The translations under genes and the position numbers were made by a program. The notes beneath the pieces are model-generated. The model saw only the letters and a list, made by a program, of their open reading frames with translations, had not been told where the DNA came from and did not search any database. Positions 59,201-64,000 of a stretch of DNA of 64,000 nt are shown here, in pieces (the first letter of the stretch is position 1; the number at the start of each line of letters is the position of its first letter). The stretch is taken from positions 30,814,001-30,878,000 of the forward strand of contig NC_135669.1 in the NCBI RefSeq assembly GCF_964188315.1, written 5' to 3'. The DNA is from Podarcis muralis. Its lineage: Eukaryota.

Positions 59201-60999
59201 GTAGAGGGCACTAATGTACAGGCGCTGTTTTCCATTCATTGAAGCTGCAAAGAGCTCACTTGCACAAACATTTCTATTTTCTTTGGCCTAAAGTCTAACG
59301 TGTAAACCAGGGGTCTGCAACCTTTAAGACAAAAAGAGCCACTTGGACCCGTTTTCAAAGGAAAAAAAACTGGGAGCCGCAAAACCATTGCGACATTTAA
59401 AACAAATATAACACTGCATATATTGTTTCTTACCTTAATGCTATATATACAGGATCGTAACGCACGCACCGCCCCCATGCGACGTCACAGCCAGTACAGC
59501 GCCCGCCACAGTGGGGAGTGTCGGGGCGCACAATGCGCCTCCTCCCCTCGCTAGTATCCGCCCCAGAGCCGCGGCAAAGGTGTAAAAGAGCCACATGCGG
59601 CTCCGGAGCCGCGGGTTGCAGACCCCTGGTGTAAACAGTGGAGAACTACAAACCCAATCTTTGATTTTACCCACCTTTTCTGAAGCACACAGTATGACTT
59701 TTAAACGGCTGTTAGCAAGTTACTAATGATCATGCAGATTCTGCTGTTCCAAAACCTTTCCATTCCAGGTGGTTATTCAATCAACTGTGCCTGAGTTTGT
59801 TTTCCCCCTCCTCCCTCCTATTGCCCTTTCCTTTAGTGTTGCATACTTGAGTTTGGAAAACTCAAAGGCACAGACTATCTTAATATTGATATTTGCAAAG
59901 TGCTCTTGGAAGTCTTTTTCAGCTGAACAGTGAAATAAAACAATGCATTAAATAACACCCTTTCTGTTTCCTGATTCACAGACGCACGTGCCTACCTCCT
60001 GCTCTTTGGGGAAACAATTATTTCACCAGCTTTGCACGTAACAGTTCATTTCCTCACTTGCGCATAGAAATGCTGAGCCACTTCCTGATATTCTAAACTT
60101 CTCCTTTCCGTTGGAGCTGAAGGGCAATCAATGTCAACTCCTTGCTTTCTCAGCTTCTATCTTTCCAATGAAACTGTTCCAAAGATCCCAGTGCACTGTT
60201 CACAAATACAGAAAGCCCACATCTACCCAGTGGCTGTGTGCCCATAAAGCTAAGTCAAACCTCCACATTCTGTGGCAGTGTACCAGATGTTTGGGGGGAC
60301 CACAGGGACTGGACATTGCATCCCCCCCAACACCCCCCCACTTGTTGGCTCCCTCAAAGCATCTGGGCAGTCAGAACCATGGGCGTAGCCAGGATTTGGG
60401 GGGGGGGGCAGAACCTCAGTTTGCTATGTATTTTTATTGATTTAGGGGAGCAGCTGCTCCTCCCTGCCACCTCTTGGCTACACCTATGGCAGCCTCTGTG
60501 TTGGTTATTTAGATTAGCAGGGCTTTTGGCTTGATCCATTAGGGGTGCTCGGATGTTGCTATCAAACAAGAACTCAAAAACTAAACCCATAATTCACTAT
60601 ACTCTATTTGGCGCCTTTTTTGTTTCGGCAAAACCTACCGAAGCATGTAGAATATCGACACACGTTTCAGTTTGGTTTTTCAGCTTCTTGTAACTTACTT
60701 AACAATTTATTTATTTCACAAAATTTATCTCAGCAGCTTTCAAAAGTAATCCCGCCTCACCGTGATGGCGCCCGCCTTCTCCGCTCACTCACCTGGGAGA
60801 GAGGCTTCTTGTACCAGCCTTCCACAAACCCCGCATCCCTGCGCTCTGACCAGTCTGCCCTGAAGCTCCAGAGGCCTCCCAGCTCCTTCAGCTCCCTGGA
60901 GGGAGATTCCCGGGGGTACAGCATCCCTCCATCCAGGGCGCCCCCCTGCTGGCAGCACCCCAGGACCAGGCACAGGGCGCAGAGAAGCAGCACCTTCAT
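43966..60999 (-). CDS. GUSB: Lysosomal beta-glucuronidase (GH2), 654 aa, 12 exons
   Basis: Exons 60999-60793, 58532-58344, 56639-56458, 55629-55487, 54728-54541, 53480-53328, 52163-51985, 49790-49644, 48414-48330, 47533-47357, 45564-45429, 44144-43966 total 1965 nt, all GT-AG and in frame. Signal peptide, [19 protein letters not shown] (acid/base Glu), QSEYGAD (nucleophile Glu), [14 protein letters not shown]. Confidence 0.97.
44751..44988. mobile_element. Tc1/mariner MITE related to 7607-7847, left TIR damaged
   Basis: Right end AACCAAGGTACCACTG|TA; interior shares tcggaag..aacg motifs with 7607-7847. Confidence 0.75.
45429..45564 (-). CDS. GUSB: GUSB exon 11
   Basis: ttcccgcag|[25 protein letters not shown]|gtactg. 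Confidence 0.95.
46035..46496. mobile_element. Tc2/pogo-type MITE
   Basis: TA|CCGTATTTTTCGCCCTATAGGACGCAC..GTGCGTCCTATAGGGCGAAAAATACGG|TA: perfect 27-bp TIRs. Confidence 0.92.
47187..47223. repeat. (TG)n microsatellite in GUSB intron 10
   Basis: Direct reading. Confidence 0.95.
47357..47533 (-). CDS. GUSB: GUSB exon 10 (catalytic nucleophile Glu)
   Basis: ttctgcag|[36 protein letters not shown]|gtgagt. Confidence 0.95.
47931..48276 (-). mobile_element. Sauria SINE, full length, GUSB intron 9
   Basis: Reverse complement of the 3466-3823 family; TSD CCAGCCTTAAA at 47920-47930 and 48277-48287. Confidence 0.88.
48330..48414 (-). CDS. GUSB: GUSB exon 9
   Basis: cacgcag|[28 protein letters not shown]|gtaagc. 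Confidence 0.95.
49644..49790 (-). CDS. GUSB: GUSB exon 8 (catalytic acid/base Glu)
   Basis: catttaag|[29 protein letters not shown]..|gtgagt. Confidence 0.95.
50119..50850. mobile_element. Long GC-rich Tc1/mariner (Tigger-like) non-autonomous element
   Basis: TA|CAGTGGTGCCTCGCAAGACGAA..TTCGTCTTGCGGGGCACCACTG|TA; 732 bp; no transposase ORF. Confidence 0.9.
51985..52163 (-). CDS. GUSB: GUSB exon 7
   Basis: cggcag|[36 protein letters not shown]..|gtgagc. Confidence 0.95.
52388..52571. mobile_element. hAT MITE (first of a tandem pair)
   Basis: CAGGGGTTGTCAACCT..AAGGCTGACTACCCC (terminal TG missing), flanked by ATCTAGAC at 52380-52387 and 52572-52579. Confidence 0.72.
52580..53207. mobile_element. 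hAT MITE (second of a tandem pair)
   Basis: CAAAGGTTCCCAAACT..AGTTTGGGAACCACTG, flanked by ATCTAGAC / ATCTAAAC. Confidence 0.72.
53328..53480 (-). CDS. GUSB: GUSB exon 6
   Basis: ccacag|[38 protein letters not shown]|gtgagt. Confidence 0.95.
54541..54728 (-). CDS. GUSB: GUSB exon 5
   Basis: ggacag|[26 protein letters not shown]|gtaact. Confidence 0.95.
54996..55238 (-). mobile_element. Young MIR/Ther1-derived (Squam3-like) SINE, GUSB intron 4
   Basis: Reverse strand starts gagagccagtgtggcgtagtggtt (A box) and ends gatatcaaatccaaatccaaa. Confidence 0.8.
55487..55629 (-). CDS. GUSB: GUSB exon 4
   Basis: gatccag|[22 protein letters not shown]..|gtaggt. Confidence 0.95.
56458..56639 (-). CDS. 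GUSB: GUSB exon 3
   Basis: ttgtag|[23 protein letters not shown]|gtgagt. Confidence 0.95.
56824..57818. mobile_element. Tc2/pogo-type non-autonomous element with an internal 140-bp tandem repeat
   Basis: TA|CCGTATTTTTCGCTCTATAACAC..GTGTAATAGAGAGAAAAATACAG|TA; repeat units start at 56961, 57101 and 57241. Confidence 0.85.
57835..58240 (+). mobile_element. Older Squam3/MIR-like SINE with a young copy nested inside (~57925-58140), GUSB intron 2
   Basis: Old head ggtgcagtggttagagtgtcagactag..ggttcaaatcc and old tail tctcagcct..acctc..gaattaaacgagga are separated by an inverted near-copy of 54996-55238. Confidence 0.75.
58344..58532 (-). CDS. GUSB: GUSB exon 2
   Basis: cctttcag|[19 protein letters not shown]|gtgagt. 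Confidence 0.95.
58953..59109 (+). mobile_element. Short tRNA-head / CR1-tail SINE
   Basis: Same family as 1949-2088. Confidence 0.72.
59308..59628. mobile_element. hAT MITE, GUSB intron 1
   Basis: Perfect TIRs CAGGGGTCTGCAACC / GGTTGCAGACCCCTG and perfect 8-bp TSD GTGTAAAC. Confidence 0.92.
60377..60488. mobile_element. Short MITE with CATGGGCGTAGCCA-type TIRs (a related copy lies at ~20270-20397)
   Basis: CATGGGCGTAGCCAGG..TTGGCTACACCTATG; shared core gggggcagaacctcagtt..tttattgattta. Confidence 0.6.
60793..60999 (-). CDS. GUSB: GUSB exon 1 (signal peptide)
   Basis: [17 protein letters not shown]|gtgagt. Confidence 0.94.
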
Positions 61000-63900
61000 G
61001 CTGCCAGACAGCCTGACCCGCTCACTGCTGAGGCTGGAGAGGCAGTCGGCTGATCTCCAGCCCAGCTGACTTGTCGGGAGCCAATCCGAGTCTGTATGCT
61101 CAGGAGACGCCCACTTCCCGCAATGGGGAGGCAGAGGCAGCCATCTTGCTTGAGGGCACTGCCAGGGCTTTGCTAGTATTAAGGTTTTGATATGTCAGAG
61201 GGAGTAAAACAGACTAAAAAAAAGGCATTTGGATGACTTAAAATATTTATTTCGAGGAACTAAGTAGGGTCATCTTTGGCCTTCCTCCCTATGTTGCTGG
61301 ACTCCAACTCCCATCATCCCCAGCGAAAATTAGATGATGGGAGTTGTAGTCCAGCAGCAATTAGAGATTACCAGGTTTTTTTTAAAAAAAATATTGTATA
61401 ACCCACCCTTTCCCCCCAAGAAGCACATGGCTCCCCCCATTTAATCCCCACAACAACCCTGTGAGGTAGGTAAGGCTGAGAAGCAGTGAGTGGTCCAAGG
61501 TCAACCAGTGAGTTTCATATGACTGAGTTGGGATTTGAACCCTGGTCTTCCAGGTTCTCATGCAACTCTCTAACCACTACGCAACTTTGCCTCCCTATGG
61601 AAAGCTGACTCCACGATAAACCTACTGATTCTTTTTTCTACTGTCACTCAAGTTCAGTGATCAGCAGACTGCGGAGTTAAGCAGTTGTTACTTATTTATG
61701 CAAACGGTCCAAACCAGAATCAGCAGCATGGATTGCAAGGTGAGGGCAAAGTCTGTGCCTTTCATGCGTTCTTTATATTTTCCTGCTTTGTGTGTGTTGT
61801 CTTTATAAAAGAAGAGAAAAGGTGGTGCTTTTCAAGGAGAGAGATACTTTGTGTGTGCTTAAAGACACTCTGCCCTTACATTTTTATGCTTTTATGATAT
61901 TTATTGACCTTTTATTGTGGCAGTACCTATGCTTCGGAACTCCCTGCCTATTAAACACCAGACAATAGCAATTACTGTACTCTTTTTGTCGACTGCTAAA
62001 AAACATTGTTAAGGCAAGCCTACCCAGATATGTAGCGTGTTGACATGTGTTTTAATCTGGTTTTTAGTTTACCATTGATTTTAATCATTACTTTAAGGTT
62101 TTAAATAGCTGCTTTTAAAGTATTTTTTCCTGTTATTTTTTGTGTGTTATTATTGTAATCCCATCATTCCCCAGGTGGTGGTACCACCCAATTCTGCTGC
62201 AATGCTTTCCTCAGACACCCATCCTGTTATATTAAAATTGCAAGTGGCTTGGGGCAGAGACATCTTTTCAGTCTCTTGCTTATATTTTCATTTGTGAAGC
62301 CTCATTTTTTGTTCAAGGACCCTGTTATAATAAAGCTTCTGTACTAGGAAGCCGTTCAGGCCTCATTCACAAGTGCACTTTGACAGCTATCCATAATCTT
62401 GCCCCCTTCTCTTGAACTGAAATTTTGTTAGGAATGAATGTGAAGGCCTACATTTTCCTCAGAACACCTTACACCACAGCAGGCTGCCAAACCTCTCCCC
62501 TCACATTCACTTGTGAATAATAAAAAAAAGTGTTTTAAACACTTGTTTAAGTTGCAGTGCGCTGTCACCCACAGCATTTCAACCCCTCTGCTTTCCCAAT
62601 CGCTTCAAACCATAAGGACTAGCAACTTGATTTTCCAGTTTGTTATCAAACCCTAGATTCTCAGGTGTGGATGCTTTCCAAAATTCTCCTCAGGATTTAC
62701 CCCTGGACAAAATGGCTGCCAGCAGCTACCCTCAGTGAAAACTGTACAGGAGCTAACCTGAGTTAATTTTATTCATTAAACCTTGAATGTGGTTTTGTGT
62801 GTGAGAGAGATTGTACACCATACGCAAATCTACCCTTCTGATAGAGCCCTCAAACTCCTGGCATGCTGACTGCTGGGAGTTAGGAGTCCGGCACACCAAG
62901 AGGGTGTGATGGAAGATCTGGCTGCCCTTCTTTGTGGGAGAACTTGTTCATTAGAATCACACAATTGTAGAGTTGGAAGAGGACCTTTGGGTCATCTAGT
63001 CCCACCCCCTGCAATGCAGGAAGAGTTGTAACGAAGGAGAAAGGGAAGGGGAGAAAAACCACGCAACAAAGTTTTCTCAGTGAAATCCAATACACCACTG
63101 TGTTTATTAACTCGGGATTAAACGTGATAAGCACAACCCGCAGCAAAGGGACAGTTTCCTTCCCCCACACTCAAAAGCTTAATCCTTCTGCTTCTTCAGG
63201 AGCTCCTTCAATTGCTCGATCTGGGTGCTCACGCTGCTCTTGGCCGTCCCGCCAGGGGAGGTGTACTGCTCCACGCTGCTCTGCTGGTTGAACACCTGGG
63301 AGATGTCGCCTCCCAGCATGGGGCTAGAGGGAAAGAAAATGCAGCCAGAGGTCAGTCGGTGGGTATTCAACAATATCCAGAGAACTAATATATGTTGGTC
63401 ACACTTTCAAGTGACCAAGAGACAGTCATGCAGGGCAGAGCTGTGTCAGGGGTGAGGGAACCTCAAACCAGGAGGCCAAATGTACCCCTAACAGGTTTCT
63501 CTGTCCAGTTCTCTGGGCCCTCCCCAGGCCACACATCTCTGAACAAAAGCCATACCCCTCCGAAGCCCCCGGAGTATGTTTTTTGACTGGCTGGAAGTAT
63601 CCTTGAGCTGGGATGGCTCTCTTTGGCCACCTAACATTCTGCCTTAGACTCTTGGAAGGAATGATTTTAACGCAGTATAAGATGTCAACGCCTCGGGTCT
63701 GCAGCCATGAGGGCTAGAAACAGCAGAGGTTGGATGCCCTTAGGTCATGTATGATGCAGTTGAGGTTCCTGCATTGTACAGGGTTGGGCTAGATGACCGC
63801 TGGGGTCCCTTCCAACTCAACGGAACTTGGTTTTCACGTTTTGCAAAAAGGGCGACACTTACGTGATGCTCTTCAGGTCCTCTGGGGATAGATGGTTAAG

Positions 63901-64000
63901 AGTCACTCCTTTGGTCTCAGCTAAGTGGACCGCTTTCCCAACGGCAGTGTGGGCTTGTCTGAACGGCATCTGCAATCGCAAAAGCACACAGTCAGGAGCT

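Overview
Eukaryotic, intron-rich vertebrate genomic DNA, most likely from a squamate (lacertid-type lizard), judged from Sauria SINE, BovB/RTE, CR1 and MIR/Ther1-derived SINEs. There is one 200-N assembly gap (4238-4437). Five protein-coding loci were reconstructed by hand: (1) a classic claudin with a single coding exon (+, 7977-8627, 216 aa); (2) METTL27/WBSCR27 (-, 5 coding exons, 236 aa), which the ORF track mostly misses; (3) a CpG-island NUPR2/p8-family gene (-, 23900-23367) whose product is longer than the p8 proteins I recall; (4) VKORC1L1 (+, 3 exons, 176 aa); (5) GUSB (-, 12 exons, 654 aa, both catalytic glutamates present), tail-to-tail with VKORC1L1. The rest is mostly SINE/LINE fragments and non-autonomous Tc1/mariner-type (TA TSD) and hAT-type (8-bp TSD) MITEs. 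I found no prokaryotic-type system, CRISPR array, or genuine tRNA/rRNA gene, and cannot support a wholly new multi-gene system. The best leads are: the extended RS-rich NUPR2-like protein with a candidate second exon; a CLDN6/9-flavoured claudin with an apparent 5'-UTR intron in the position next to METTL27; opposing poly(A) signals that could make the VKORC1L1 and GUSB 3' ends overlap; an inverted SINE pair bracketing GUSB exons 3-4; and two hAT MITEs stacked on one target site. All gene and family names come from my recall of the homologues, not from a database search.
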